A stretch of 64,000 nt of DNA from Octopus vulgaris. Lineage: Eukaryota. This document shows positions 13,380 through 27,914 of this stretch, piece by piece. Each line of letters opens with the position of its first letter. Position 1 is the first letter of the stretch. The stretch spans positions 53,816,001-53,880,000 of the forward strand of contig OX597819.1 of the NCBI GenBank assembly GCA_951406725.2, in the 5' to 3' direction. Position numbers and translations under genes: made by a program. A model generated the notes under the pieces. The model had not been told where the DNA came from. It saw only the letters and a program-made list of their open reading frames with translations, and searched no databases.

Positions 13380-13610
13380 GGCGGCGAGCTGGCAGAAACC
13401 TTAGCGTGCCGGGCGAAATGCGTAGCCGTATTTCGTCTGCCGTTACGTTCTGAGTTCAAATTCCGCCGAGGTCGACTTTGCCTTTCATCCTTTCGGGATC
13501 GATAAATTAAGTACCAGTTACGCATTGGGGTCGATATAATCGACTTAATCCGTTTGTCTGTCCTTGTTTGCCCTTTCTGTATTTAGCCCCTTGTGGGTAG
13601 TAAAAAAACA
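13380..13610 (+). mobile_element. Meta-like SINE (same family also at 62130-62380 with TSD gaactttcttata)
   Basis: Near-identical to the 2322 family. Confidence 0.85.
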
Positions 13611-13624
13611 ACAACATATAGTTA

Positions 13625-13920
13625 TCTCTCTCTATATAAAAACTAAGAATGTCTGTCTGTCTGTCTGTGTGTTTCCCTAAAACTTGAGAACTACACAACC
13701 AATATCATTCAAATTTTACACATGCCTTACTTAAGGTTCGGGGAGTATCATCGGCAAAAAAATCTTAACTTTTTGCCTAGGGCGACCCCACGGCAATATC
13801 ATATCTTCTCCACTATTTCAGTATTACATGTTAAAAGTGAAACAAAAACATCTCTCTATTGTAATGCAGACACTTTCACTTTAATACTGAAACTATTAAA
13901 GTGAAAGTATTATATAACAG
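13625..13920 (+). mobile_element. Non-autonomous Helitron 5' part
   Basis: A|TCTCTCTCTATATAAAA...(gtct)n...aaattttacaca, like the 45087 element; 3' end not located. Confidence 0.55.
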
Positions 13921-14279
13921 GGATGGACCATTAACAGTGGTCATCCATTTTGCTAGAAGAAGATCCGCTATGGTCTTATATGCTACACCACTGGTTTTCA
14001 ATTCATATTAATCAAAATAATATTCAGTTTTTCACCCTTATTATGTGTGTGTGTATTAGCAATTCGTATAAAATTGCATCAATGACTTAAACTTGAATAA
14101 GTGGTTTCACATAAATGGGGATAAATTAAAAAGCTTTGTTGTTATTATTATTACTGTTTGACTATTGTAATCACGTTTGTTGGTTCATCGTAAGGGAAAC
14201 GTTGTTGTGTTGCATTTGTTAAATAATTGTAAACCGTAACCCTCCCCCTTTCGGAGATGGGGCTTTGGTTATTGTTTAA

Positions 14280-14499
14280 AAATTGAATTGTGTCCCAGTT
14301 TGGAGAAATTGACAATATTTTCACCGTCTTTACGGAAGCATTTTTGTTAAAATACCTTCGATAGAAGAAAGTCCAAAAATGAATTTCGCTGCAGCAGCCG
14401 TACACTTCTATACAAGGACAAGATGTTGAATAAAATCATGATTAACTTATTCTCCTATATTTTTTTTACCCAAAGTCAGGAACTTTTCAGCGTGCCCTC

Positions 14500-14502
<3 letters not shown>
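14280..14502 (+). mobile_element. Probable mariner 3'-end relic
   Basis: Ends gaacttttcagcgtgccctcgTA like an irritans-type TIR. Confidence 0.35.
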
Positions 14503-14531
<29 letters not shown>

Positions 14532-14640
14532 CAAGGAAAAATTGTAAAAAGGCAGAATGCTAAATTGAAAGAAAATTTTAATGAAAATGGGTGTACGGAA
14601 AAATTTTTTTGAAAAATTGATAAAATATATATATATATTA

Positions 14641-14680
14641 ATTCAAACCGGTTTTCGTCATAATGTGACTTTTCAAGAAT
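14641..14680 (-). ncRNA. Minimal type I hammerhead ribozyme motif (U3:A8 variant) in Penelope 3' region
   Basis: Minus strand reads ATTC TTGAAAA GTCA catta TGAC GAAA ACCGGT TT GAAT: stem I, core, stem II, GAAA, palindromic stem III. Confidence 0.7.
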
Positions 14681-15355
14681 TGTAAAGAAAAAAATTTTTT
14701 TTTAATTTGAGGAGGGGGAAAAAAGAAAATTACATTGTTTTTTGCAAAAAAATAATAATAAATATATACAAAAATTAAAAAATAGGTACTCCGATACATT
14801 GTAAAGACTTTGTGTATCTTGAGTTTAATGATTGTTCACGAAAAAATTACCTTGAAGTATTGAGATCCAATGGGATTAAATCCATGTGTTGTTTAATTTA
14901 ATTAAGGGTGTCTCTTAATGGCAAAACAGGAAGTAGTAGTAGTCCAGTTCCTGTGTTGTGAATAAGGGGAGACAACTCTATGGGTTTTAAGCTCTTCAAT
15001 TTGTGTTTGTCAATTTTTTGTAATAAAGGGTGTTAATAAACCTTAAATTCTAAAATTATCATTTTAGCCTCATTTGCATTATCTTTTTTATATAATTGTT
15101 TGCTAACTTAACATTCAGATTTTAACACTTTATTTATATTGTTTTCTAATTATATAAATTTGCATAAACCAATTTATAATTACATTTCAGATTGTTATGT
15201 CATATATAATAAAAATAATAATAATAATAATAACAACAATAATAATAATGATATTTAAAGAATATAAGTTTTAGCTTGAAGTGATGACTGCATAGTATCC
15301 TTATATATTTGTGTTAGTCCATCCATGAAGAATGAGGTAGAAAAAAGAAGTATGA

Positions 15356-17370
15356 TCAACGAGGAGTTTGCATATTAAGATGCGTTTTGAATTTTTCAAT
15401 AAAGAGATTCTCCTTGTTAATTCTCTCCTGTGTGGTGATTCCGTCTTTAAATTGGTAGAAGGGGAATATGTAGAATTTGGGATTTTTCTCTTTAGCGCAT
15501 GAGTCTATGTGGTCACTCAGTGGGATTTGCCGGTATTCCGGGAGATTTATTTGTTTTTTATGCACCGCTACTCTTTTACGTAACGGGAGGCTCGTTTGTC
15601 CAACATAATTATGTTGGCAACCAGCGCATGTGAGAACGTAGATAAGATTCTCGGAGGAACAGGAGAAGTTGGTCTTGATTTTAAACTTCGTTCCTTGTTT
15701 GAAGATAAATTCAGAACCTTCAAGTAGGAAGGGGCAGGTGCCACAGTTTGGGCGTGCACATTTTTTAACTGCTGGGAGTGGATGTGGTGTGTGAAGTTTG
15801 GCATTTGTCAAGATTTTTTTTAAAGGTTTGTGTTGCCTTTTACATTTGAGGATTTTGTGTGTATTTATAATGTTTTTCATTTTTGGGTCTGTTGACAGTA
15901 GACTGAGGTTTTGTATGATTGTGGTGTATGCTTCGATATTTTTGGGGTTGTGGGTGGAAATGTATGGAAGTATTTTGGAGTTGTGTGTGGTGTTGGGTTG
16001 GGTGGTTTTCAGTGTAATGTTGTCTAGTTCTTTGGCGCGTTTTATTCCATACTCTACAAGGGTGGAGGGATATTGGCGTTGTAATAGTGTTTTTTTTTTG
16101 AGGTCTTGAAGGCGTATTTCTCGAGTTTTTGGATCCGAGACAATGGTGCATACCCTTTTAGCTAAGTTGAAAGGGATATTTGTCTTGGTGTGTTTTGGGT
16201 GGCATGAACTAAAGAGGAGGTATTGTTGTGAGTCTGTAGGTTTGTGGTAGATGTCTGTTATGATTTGGTTCTTAGGTGTTTTTATAATTAGGAGATCAAG
16301 GAAAGGGAGATGATGTTTGCTTAATTCCATAGTGAATTGGATGTTGAGATGTATATTGTTCAGTATGGTTTTGGATTCCAGAAGTTTTTCATAAGGTTCT
16401 TTCCATATGATGAAACAATCATCCAAATACCTTTTCCAGTTTTCCATTAGGTAGGTGTGGAAAACATGTCCAAATTTCTGGCGTGATATCTCATAGAGTG
16501 ATAGTTCGAAGAAACCCATTATGAGGTTCGTAAGGACTGGTGCAGCCTTGGTACCCATCGCAATACCACATTTTTGACGGTAGTGTGTGTTGTCGAAGAG
16601 GAAATAATTGTTTGTCAGAATGAACTTGAGTGATTCCGTAATAAAGGTCTTGTGAATGCGGTCAGGGAATGTCTCTGGGTGTTTTTCTAGCCGAAATCAA
16701 TTGCCTCAATACCATATTTATGTGGGATGTTGGTGTAGAGGTTGATGACATCAAAGGATACCAGGAGCGCCTCCTCGTTAACTGTTTTCGGGAGGTGTTT
16801 GAGCATGTCCAGATCATCCCTAATGAAACTTTTGATGTGGGTAAGGAAAGGTTTCAAAAGGATGTCTAGGAAATTACTCAGGCGGTGTGTTTCACAGGAG
16901 GTGCCAGCCACGATGGGTCTTAGTTTTAGGTCCTCCGGTGCTTTGATGTTGATGTGGATGTCAGAGGAGAGTTTGCAGGCTTTGGTGATGTATTTGTTTT
17001 TATGGATTTTAGGAAGGCCATAAAAACGGCTAGGCTTGCATTTGAAATTGGTGATATAATCCCTTTCTTCTTCTGTGAGTCCCTGACCGTGTTGGAGTAT
17101 GAGTGTGGTGAGGTTTTTGATTGTTTTTTGTTGTTTATAGTTGTTAATAACCTCATAGAAAGTGTTGTTGTTTAGCATGGAAAGCACTAGGTGTTTATAA
17201 AACTCCATGTCCATAAGGACCACAGCGCTCCCTTTGTCGGCTTCTTTGATGGTAAGGTTTTTGTCCAGTTGTAGGTCACGTAGGTTTTTCCATTCTTCCC
17301 TACTGAAATTGGATTTTACCTTGGTTTTGCCTGGGGTAAAGGGGAGACTCTGGATGTGTTTGCAAAAAAA
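15356..17370 (-). pseudogene. Penelope RT + GIY-YIG endonuclease ORF with one frameshift (~16692)
   Basis: ORFs 16687-17223 and 15356-16558 join if one base is restored (IDF[W]LEKHPE...). Confidence 0.88.
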
Positions 17371-17517
17371 TCGTCCAGTGCTTTATTTCTAAGGAAGAGA
17401 ATTTTTCCATACACCCATTTTCATAAAAATTTTCTTTCAATTTAGCATTCTGCCTTTTTACAATTTGTCCTTGCTTATCATTTCTCCACGTGCGGTCAAT
17501 ACAACCCCACCATTTCT

Positions 17518-17559
<42 letters not shown>

Positions 17560-18116
17560 TATATATGTATGTATATTTATACAGTCAGACACACACGCAC
17601 ACACTTTTACTGTCTGTTTGATATCCCTTGGTACTACTACACATTGTGTTCATTTTCTCTCAGCCGATAAAAATAAACATTTTCCCTTTCCTTTATTTTA
17701 AATCTATAGTCTTAATTATTTGTCCTGTATAATTTTCCGTTGTCCTAATTATCGTTATCCTTTGTTATCATCCTGATATTGTTCATCGTTTCATTAATGC
17801 ACCATATCTTGGTAGCATCCCTCTATAAACTTATTTAATACTTGGATAGCGGAGTTAACAATATTGTTACTAAAGTGCCGAAAGTGTAAGGATCTTCATA
17901 CAATAGCTAGAAGTGGACCTCTCTGTCGGAGTTCGTGTTTTTCCATGTCCTACTTCTTTGCTATGTTTTCTGTTGTTGTTCTCTGTTGTTAGTTTCTATT
18001 CTATTATTACTTTTTCTGTGTGTGTGTATATATGTGTGTATGAATATAGTTACATGTGTATTTGTCCGCGTGCGTCTGTGTGTGTGTGTGTGCATATGAG
18101 ACCTCAATTCTTTTAT

Positions 18117-18490
18117 AGGTTGTGCAGTTGAGAAGCTTGCTTCCCAACCATATGATCTTGGGTTCAGTCCCACTGCGCGTCAACTTAGGCAAGTTACTTC
18201 TACTAGAGTCCTGGGTCGACTAATGCCTTGTGAGTGGATTTGATAGACGGAAACTGAAGGAAGCCCATCGAATATGTATGCGTGTGTGTGTGTGCGTGTA
18301 TGTGTGTGTATGTGTGTGCGTGCGTGTGTGTGTGTTCTTCCACCACCAACGCTTGACAACCGGTATTAGTTTGTTTACGTCCTCGTAACTGAGTGGTTTT
18401 GGCAAAAGACACCGATCAAATAATATCAGGGTTTAAAATAAGTACTGAGGTCGATTTGTATGGCTGCAGTCCAGTGACTGAAACAAGTCA
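18117..18490 (+). mobile_element. CORE-like SINE
   Basis: Same family, diverged. Confidence 0.8.
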
Positions 18491-18811
18491 AAGATAGACC
18501 AAAAAAAATGTTTTATGCACGGATATGTGCGTGTCACATGTGCTTGTATGAGCGTACATATACATGTATATATGTGTGTGCTTGTATTCATGTGTGCGCA
18601 CGCGTATGTGTGTGAATAATAACAAGACATAACTTGAATAACAGCTGAAGAGCAACCAATTATTCATTAATTATTGATGTCAAAATATCATTACATTTTC
18701 TTGCATCTGCTAACGGTTTACAGTTTACGTTGCTGTAGACAAGGACACGTGTCCTGTATGCCAATACATTGTTGGAACGTCATCGGAAAATTCACTTTCG
18801 AGTTGTTAATA

Positions 18812-21622
18812 TTGTTGTTTTTGTTGTTGTATAACTTCAGTTTAGTCCCGAGTAGCTTTTCCCAGCTCGATCAGAAGTGTTCCTGTCATGTCAATCCCGT
18901 CTTTGTTTTGTGGGCATTGTGGGATCTTTCAAAATTCTTTCCAATCACCTGGATGATTTTCGAATTTTTATCAGCAATCAAAACTGCATTGATGATGACG
19001 AAAATCACTTTCTTTTTTTCTTTGTAGAAATTACAACTCTTTACTAAGGTTTTCTTACTGAATTCCATGATGACCATCCAGCTTGATTCCTTTGCTTTTC
19101 CACTATCCTTCTCCATGTAGTTTTTGGTCTACTATCGTTTCTCTTCCCCTCAGGTTGCCAAGTCAAGGAAATCATGCAATGATGATTAGCTTCCTTTCAC
19201 AATACGTATCCAATCGAATTCCATCGTTTCCTTTTTCTTGGCTTATCCTGGGGACTTGGGTTATTTTGTTGAGTTCATCCATCGATATGATGTTTGGCTA
19301 CCCTGTCTGCGTTATTTTCTTTATAACTTTGTACTGAAAAGACTCTAGTTTTCTCTCATAACTATTGTTCATTTTCCAAGTTTCACATCCATAAAGAAAT
19401 ACAGGTCTTACCAGCGTTTTGTAGAGTTTGATTTTTGTATCCCTTCCAAACTGTTTTGATCACCATACTTTGTCCAATTTGATAAAAGCACTTCTGGTTC
19501 TATTGATTCTGCTTATATCTTTCCCTCCACCACCTTCTTTATTGACAATTGCACCTAGATAGATGAACCCATCCACGTCTTCAATGTCCTTTTTATCTAT
19601 TTGAATAGGGTCAGTCTTGTTGTTGTTCAATCGCAAGGTCTTAGTCTTCTCATTGATCTTTAATCCCATTCTCTTTGTAAGACTTGACATTTTGTTGGCT
19701 TTCTGTTGCATCTGCGATTGGCTGGAAGACAGTAAAGAAATATCGTCAGCATAGTCCAGGTCTTCATGGCATGACGTTATTTGCCATCTTATCCCAATTA
19801 AGATGGCAAATGTTATTCACGGTGGTCTTCTTCATCACCCAGCCTATGACGAGTAGAAACAAGAATCCAGACATAACACAGCCTTGTTTTATGCCTGTCT
19901 TTACTTGGAACCATTCTGTCATTTCACCATCGTCCAGTACTGCACATCCACCATCTTAGTACGTTAATTTGACTAGTTTGATAATTTTGCTTGGTATGCC
20001 ATACTGCCTCATGATCTCCCATAAACTGTCTCTACGAACAGAATCGAAAGCTTTTTCGAAGTCGATGAAGTTTATATACAATGAAGATTGCCATTCTAAG
20101 CACTGTTCAATAATGTTTCTCAAGGGGAATATTTGTTCGGTGGTATTGTTTACCTTCGCGGAAGCCTGCTTGTTCAGGTCTGAGCTTCTTATCAATACCG
20201 TTTTGGATCCTGTTAATTATGATTCTTCCTAACACTTTACTTGCTATTGGGTAGCTGCGTTATTCCCGCCCAGTTTCCGCATTCAGATATATCTCCTTTC
20301 TTTGGTAACTTGACAATCAGTCCTTTCTTCCAGTCATGAGGTATTTTCTCTTGATCCCAAATATCATTTATGATACTGTGCAGTTTGTCTGTGGATGTTT
20401 CAAAGTCTGCCTTCAATAACTCTGGCGTTATCATGTCAACTCCTCCTGCCTTTCCATTTTTTAAATTTTCTGATTACATTCTTGATTTCTGTTTTGCTTG
20501 CAGGGCTGGTGTCACTGGTCTCCACCTCTGGAATTACAATATTTTCAATTTCCACTGTATTGGGAGAGGTGTCTCTGTTTAATACTTCTTCAAAATGTTC
20601 TTTCCATCTTGTCTTTTTCCCCCTTGTCATCTGTTATGATTTTACCCTGTTTCTTCTTGATAACACCTGATGCTTGACGCGGCTTTCCTTTACATATTGT
20701 TCTGGTTATTTCGTATAGTGTTTTTCATTTGACCATTCTTAACTGCTCTTTCAGCATAGTTTGCCAAGTTCTCCACCCATTTACGCTTGTCTGATCTTAT
20801 ACTTAATTTGACATCTCTGTCTTTGGATTTGTATTCCTTTTGAATATGCTGTTTAATTCTGATGGACTTGGCATTCTCAATTTTAATTTTGAGGTGTTTT
20901 GTCTCTACAACCTGTTTCCAAGAGTCTGGTCCTATCCACAGTTTTTGATTCTTTTTCTTTACACCAAGTACTTCTTCGGCTGTCTGGTTGAATGCTTTAT
21001 CGAAGTTTTTTCCATTTCCCTTCTATGCCAATATCTTCTGGAATCGCCCCACTCAAAGCAAATTTATTCTTCATCTCCATAATGAACTTACTTTTGACTG
21101 TTTGATTTTGTAGTTTGCAAGTGTCATATTTTGTTCTTGAGTTAGTCTGTGTCTTGTACAGGTGTTTTCGAAGTTTCAACTTCACTTGTGATCTTACAAG
21201 CTGATGACCACTTGCAACATCAGCGCCTCTCATGACCCGGGTGTCTTCTGTTGATGAGCGGCATTTACATTTGAAGAGTGTGTGAACAATTTCATTATTG
21301 TTTTTTTATTTGGAGAGGTCCAAGTGTTTTTGTGAATGTCCTTTTGTGGAAATATAGTTCTGGTAATGACGAGATCATTCATCCCGCAGAATTCTATAAG
21401 TCTTTCGCCATTACTGTTGATGATTCCTGTTCCATATTTACCCATTATTCTCTCATTCCCCCTTTTTTTTTGGCTCCAACCTTGGCATTCATATCTCCAG
21501 TTACTATAACCATATCATGTTTGTGGTGCATATTCTCGACTACAGTTTGCAGCTGTTCATAGGTGTCTTTCACCTCACCCTCTGCAACCGTTGTAGGTGC
21601 ATACACCTGGATGACTGTTAGT
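18812..21622 (-). mobile_element. RTE-clade LINE, fragmented APE + RT ORF
   Basis: [10 protein letters not shown]...[38 protein letters not shown] across frameshifted ORFs; (CAA)n-like tail near 18812. Confidence 0.9.
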
Positions 21623-21634
21623 TTAATATATATA

Positions 21635-21708
<74 letters not shown>

Positions 21709-21736
21709 CATATATATGCATATATATGTGTGTGTG

Positions 21737-21772
<36 letters not shown>

Positions 21773-21812
21773 CACTCACTCATTCACACACATATATATG
21801 CATATATATATA

Positions 21813-21848
<36 letters not shown>

Positions 21849-22139
21849 AGCGGGATGATTGAGAGTGAGAGAGATGAGAGAGATCGTTCTTGATGAACGA
21901 AACGCATGATTTACAACGGTACTGATGAGTAATCATTTGGTTGGAATACCGATGAAATGTCGGATGGGACCGACACCACCTACACTTAGGACAGCCGATA
22001 GATATAGCGATCGTCAATTTTTTTTAATACTTTTGGCTGACTTCAGTTGTCGAGAGCACCATCAGACCAGATTTAGCCCTTTCTCACTTTCTCCCCACCT
22101 CTCTCTCACTATCTATTTATCTATTTATCCATCTAAATA

Positions 22140-22705
22140 TTGGGTTGTCCAGAAAGTTCGTGCCGATTTTTAAAGGAAAGAAAAAGGTCAATAAATACTT
22201 GCCATTACATTTTTAATCAACCAAATATGACCCATTTTGTTGCACAATGCGTCTCCATCTTTCCTTTAACTTGAAAATACCCTCTTCCCAGAATTGAGGT
22301 GGTTTCATGGCAAAGAATTCATTAAGGTATCTTTTTACGTCATCCAAGGAATTGAGATTTTTACCATTAAGACTGTTCTGCAGAGACCTGAATAAGTGGA
22401 AATCCGAAGGAGCAATATCTGGTGAATATGGAGGGTAGGGTAACACATCCCAGCCGAGTTGCAACAATTTTTTTCTGGTTCCCAAAGCATCAAGTGCCGA
22501 AAATGAACTTTCTTATCTTCCATTTTAAAGGGTTACAGAATTAACACAGGTTATAGGAACATAAACCTTCTTCCACGAAAAGATAGCTTAAACTGTGCTT
22601 TAAATGGAGGTGTAGTCAAATCCTATTTTATGGACTCAGCCATGTTCTAAAATATGTCGAAAGGCAAGCTACTATAAATCGGCACGAACTTTCCGGACAA
22701 CCCAA
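22140..22705 (-). mobile_element. Internally deleted mariner (mellifera-like)
   Basis: TA-flanked near-perfect ~30-bp TIRs ttgggttgtcc.gaaagttcgtgccgattt; N-terminus MEDKKVHFRHLML joined to C-terminus PYSPDIAPSDFHLFRSL. Confidence 0.9.
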
Positions 22706-22901
22706 TATATCTCACACATTCGCTCTCTCCCCCCCCTCTCTCTCTCTTCTTCTCTCCACTATGTTAGACGTTTACTACGTATTTGTATGTGATAATGGTC
22801 ATAAAAAGAGATGAACGAGAGCTAGGTGTCTAAGCAATGGTCACAATGCGATCGTGTGAGTACACTCTTCCATATATATATATATATATGTGTGTGTGTC
22901 G

Positions 22902-22964
<63 letters not shown>

Positions 22965-23018
22965 GTGTGTGTAAATACACACACAGTTACATATTTATAT
23001 GTGAGTGTGTATATCTTT

Positions 23019-23140
23019 GGTTCCGAGGAAGCTATGGGATGTTGCACAAACACTCTGAATACAATGCATCTTATAGCTGAAACAGCTTTAAGCTATTGAA
23101 GTCGATTATGTGACTCCTCGTCCCTTGTCATTCATTAATA
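23019..23140 (+). mobile_element. PLE-tail family with hammerhead-like motif (CCGAnGA core); related copies at 53106-53305 (+) and 11793-11940 (-)
   Basis: CCGAGGA agctatgggatg...catcttatagct GAAA cagct; copies share downstream sequence (aatgaagttcattg...actaatgctttattctgaag). Confidence 0.5.
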
Positions 23141-23152
23141 TACCTATATCTG

Positions 23153-23258
<106 letters not shown>

Positions 23259-23428
23259 AAAAACAACAAAACACTCAGTAAGGAGATCGGGTGGTGGATA
23301 CATTTTTTAAATTATGGACTAACTGTTCAAAGACAAGAAGGAATTTTTATAAACATCGTCTCTGGGAATAGTTAGCCTGTATATACATGCATATAAGTAT
23401 GCACACGTATACGTGTATATGTATGTGC

Positions 23429-23466
<38 letters not shown>

Positions 23467-23573
23467 TTATATGCGTGTATGTATGCGTTAGACGGATACA
23501 TACGTACATACATACATACGTATATATATATATATATCTATATCTATATCTATATATATATTTCTCCCTCCCT

Positions 23574-23648
<75 letters not shown>

Positions 23649-24080
23649 GTTTCGTGTTAAGAATATCGAATATCGTCACCCTGTGTCTCGCGAAAATTAC
23701 GATGGTTGGTGATAGTGATAGTGATAACGGTGGCGGTGGTAGTGGTAGTGGCGGCGGTGGTGTTGGTGGTGGTAACGGCGGCGGCAGTGGAGGCGGTGTT
23801 GCTGTAAGGGAAGGTGGTTGGTCAAATATGAAACATTTCCGACGCCATTTACACTAAATGTCAGGTTTGGACACGCACACCTGGAAATACGATACGATCA
23901 ATGGCTCTCTACCTCTCTCTCTCTCTCCCTCTTTCTCTCTTTTTCTCTCCCTTTCTACTCCCTCCTTTCTCTCTCTCCCTCTCCCCTTCTGTCCCCCCCT
24001 CTCTCTCTCTCTCTTTATATTGATTTTATTCCTGTCTGTGATATCTACCTGACCAAAAAACAGAAGTGGACGAGAGTGAT

Positions 24081-24117
<37 letters not shown>

Positions 24118-24339
24118 GTGGGGAGAGGATATACGTGAGGAAATATGCGTGTGGGTGTGTATGAGGGTGGATAGAGAAGTAAGGATGTACCTGTTAGAGG
24201 GAGAGAGAGAGGAGGGGGAGCGAAAAAGAGAGGGAGAGAAAAATAGAGATGGATAAATAGAAAGATGGTCTTATGTAAGTTTATAGATATACATGGCTTG
24301 ATTTTATTCGAGGCCCCTCCACTCTTCGAGCTGGTCACT

Positions 24340-25060
24340 GAAGCACGGAATTCTATGCGAAATGAAACGCATTCTGGAGTCAGTGAAGCAAGCGGCAGTA
24401 CGTAGTCAGTCTGGCATGAGTTTCTCCTTATTCATTCATTTATTTACTTACTTACTTATCTAATATTCATTTATTTACCGCAAACAAGAGCGAACAGCCT
24501 GTGTATTCGTCGAGAGCTTAGCGTTGGCCCGTGGCATGTCCAGACGGGCTTCCCAGAGCCGAAGAAGCGGTGGTACGCTGACTGTTCCTCACTTGGATTT
24601 GTAACTGGCGTAAATATCGGCCTGACATGTATGTACCGCTATGCATGCAAGCTAGTACAGGTCGACTCAGAAAGAATGCCTGCACGATTCCAGGTCTAGC
24701 TGGCTATACACCCCTTACCTGTATCTGCCTGTATAAATTATATACATATATATATATCATATACACACATCTGTCTACGTACACGGTACAGGCCAGTCGT
24801 GCCGGCCTGAAATTAATAAGCTAAGTTGTACATATCATCGTTGTTGTTGTTGTTGTTGTTGTCGTCGTCGTTTCTGTTAGCCGTGGTTCCTGTTGTTGTT
24901 TTAACTACTGCTGCTGTTGTCACTGCTGTTGCTGCTGCTGTTGCTGTTATTGGTGTTGTTATTGTTACCTGAGGCTTACGGATCGAAAGTTGGATACAGT
25001 TAAAGCGTGCGCTGAGGTTTTGAGAACATTTTAATTGCTGGTACCTCCCCTAATACGCAG
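24340..25060 (+). promoter_or_regulatory. Candidate promoter and 5'-UTR first exon (possibly of foxj1)
   Basis: Non-repetitive CpG-richer island after GA-rich tracts (23.55-24.25 kb), two TCAGT Inr-like motifs near 24380 and 24407, and a donor-like cgcag|gtaaca at 25060. Link to foxj1 is inference only. Confidence 0.35.
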
Positions 25061-25423
25061 GTAACAAAACCAAACTATCTACGTTTTGAATCATTGCTTT
25101 CTTCTATTTGATTTCTTTTTTTTTTTTTTTTTTAAATTTTTTTTTCACTTCTTCTTGACTGCTACACCACAAACATCCTCACCACCACCACCACCACAAC
25201 TACCACCTCAACTACCACCTCAACTACCATCATATACCAACGCCACCTCCAGTTCCTTACAGCTCCGCTAACGACCATCAACAAGGTATGTCAACATAGC
25301 TTTACCAGCATCACCATTGCTTTCGACACCACCACCGCCACCGCCACCACATACAACAACACTGTCATCACCGTCATCACCGCCAAAGATACCACCGACA
25401 TCACCACCACCACCACCACCACC

Positions 25424-25457
<34 letters not shown>

Positions 25458-25662
25458 CCGCCACTATCACCCCCACCACCGTTAACATAACACCCCAGTT
25501 CCATGGTCACCCATCGTCATAATTTTCATGATCAGCATCACGGACATCGATATCAACATCAACAACCCTCCTCTGTCACCCATATTTTCATTCTACTTGC
25601 CGACATTTTTGTTTGTTTGTGCGTGCATATTTATGTGCGTGTGTATTCGTATATTTGTGTTT

Positions 25663-25695
<33 letters not shown>

Positions 25696-25839
25696 GGATT
25701 CTTTCGCCGCTTCGACCAACGAGGGTTCAACCGGACACAGCTGCACACTCTCCCTCTGAGTCTGTTGTTTTGTTTCGTTTCATGTTGGAATTCAGGTCTG
25801 CCCGAGATTTGCAAATGCGGTTAACTGCATGTGTGTGAG

Positions 25840-26610
<771 letters not shown>

Positions 26611-26619
26611 AACGAAAAG

Positions 26620-26840
26620 AATTGCAGCGTGGAAGGTGTTTGTAAGCCATTTAAGAAACACACAAAAGCCGTTCGATTCACTTCAACATTTAAATTTAAT
26701 TTGTCAAAATATTTTCGTCGCTAAAATCCGCCACCTGTTCACTGACAAAAATCCGTGCTGATAACTTAAATGTTGAAGTGAATCGAACGGCTTTTGTGTG
26801 TTTCTTAAATGGCTTACAAACACCTTCCACGCTGCAATTG
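26620..26840. repeat. Near-perfect ~74-bp-arm inverted repeat
   Basis: aattgcagcgtggaaggtgtttg...acatttaa mirrored by ttaaatgttg...cacgctgcaatt. Confidence 0.9.
26701..26748 (-). ncRNA. Hammerhead-like motif (G3:C8 variant) in loop of PLE-derived inverted repeat
   Basis: Minus strand: TTGTCA GTGAACA g gtggc...gcgac GAAA ATAT TT TGACAA. Confidence 0.5.
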
Positions 26841-27075
26841 TGTGTGTATATATTTTTTTTTTTTTTTTTTGTACTTGTTTCAGTCATTTGACTGCGGCCA
26901 TGCTGGAGCACCGCCTTTTGAGTACAGCAGGGATCACCACCTCCTACCGGAGCCTCGTGGAGCTTTTAGGTGTTTTCGCTCAATAAACACACACAACGCC
27001 CGGTCTGGGAATCGAAACCGCGATCCTCCGACCGCAAGTCCGCTGCCCTAACCACTAGGCCATTGCGCCTCCACG

Positions 27076-27135
<60 letters not shown>

Positions 27136-27150
27136 GTATATATATGTATG

Positions 27151-27285
<135 letters not shown>

Positions 27286-27334
27286 GTGTGTGTTGTTGTA
27301 TGTATGTATGTATGTACATATAAACACCATCATA

Positions 27335-27670
27335 ATCAGTATCGTTTAACATTTGTTTCCCACCCACTTCGTTGCGTGGCTCGAACGAGTCGTCTTCAAC
27401 GCTTCTTTCGCTGGTTCCTTCCTCTAGGAATGCTTGGACACTTGCTGTCATTACTTCATAACGCATCACATGTCCGTACCAGCGCATCCTTCTCTCTTTG
27501 CATCCTACAGCCGATTCCTCTTTATGTAGTTCTTTTCTCATACGAGCCCATTACTGCTCCTAGGTTCATGCACATCAAACGTTACACGCCCAACGGAGCA
27601 TTCTGGCTTTATTTCTCTTTGATCTTTGCACATTATCTTCGTCCCAGGTCCGTGTTTCGTTGCTAAGATT
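27335..27670 (-). mobile_element. RTE LINE 3' fragment
   Basis: [12 protein letters not shown] motif typical of RTE C-terminus. Confidence 0.65.
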
Positions 27671-27914
27671 AGAAGCAAATAACAATTTGAGATTGAAAAA
27701 TAACAACAAAAACCGATGTTCGTTTGTTGTTGTTGTTTAGTCCCCGGTCAGCCTTGATCGAGATCTCTTATCAAAGATGTTCCAGCTGTGACTACACTGC
27801 CATTTTATGTCAGGGACGACATTTTATCCGTGTATTTTTTTAATTTAAAACAGAATGCATCTCTATACATGAATATGTGTGTATATGCTTACGTGTATTA
27901 TAGATATCATACCC

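Larger units (their letters stand above)
14531..17520 (-). mobile_element. Penelope-like retroelement, Neptune type, 5'-truncated with inverted tail, in (TA)n
   Basis: RT motifs EADKG, LVSFDVINLYTNIP, GIAMGTKAAP, RYLDD, LPFLD; CARPNCGTC Zn-linker; GIY-YIG LIYVLTC...YVGQT. 14531-14610 is the reverse complement of about 17400-17475. Both flanks are (TA)n. Confidence 0.92.

Noticed and set aside
25160-25560. Poly-Pro/Gly/Asp/His coding-like stretch
   Set aside because: Trinucleotide low complexity without convincing splice sites or domain.
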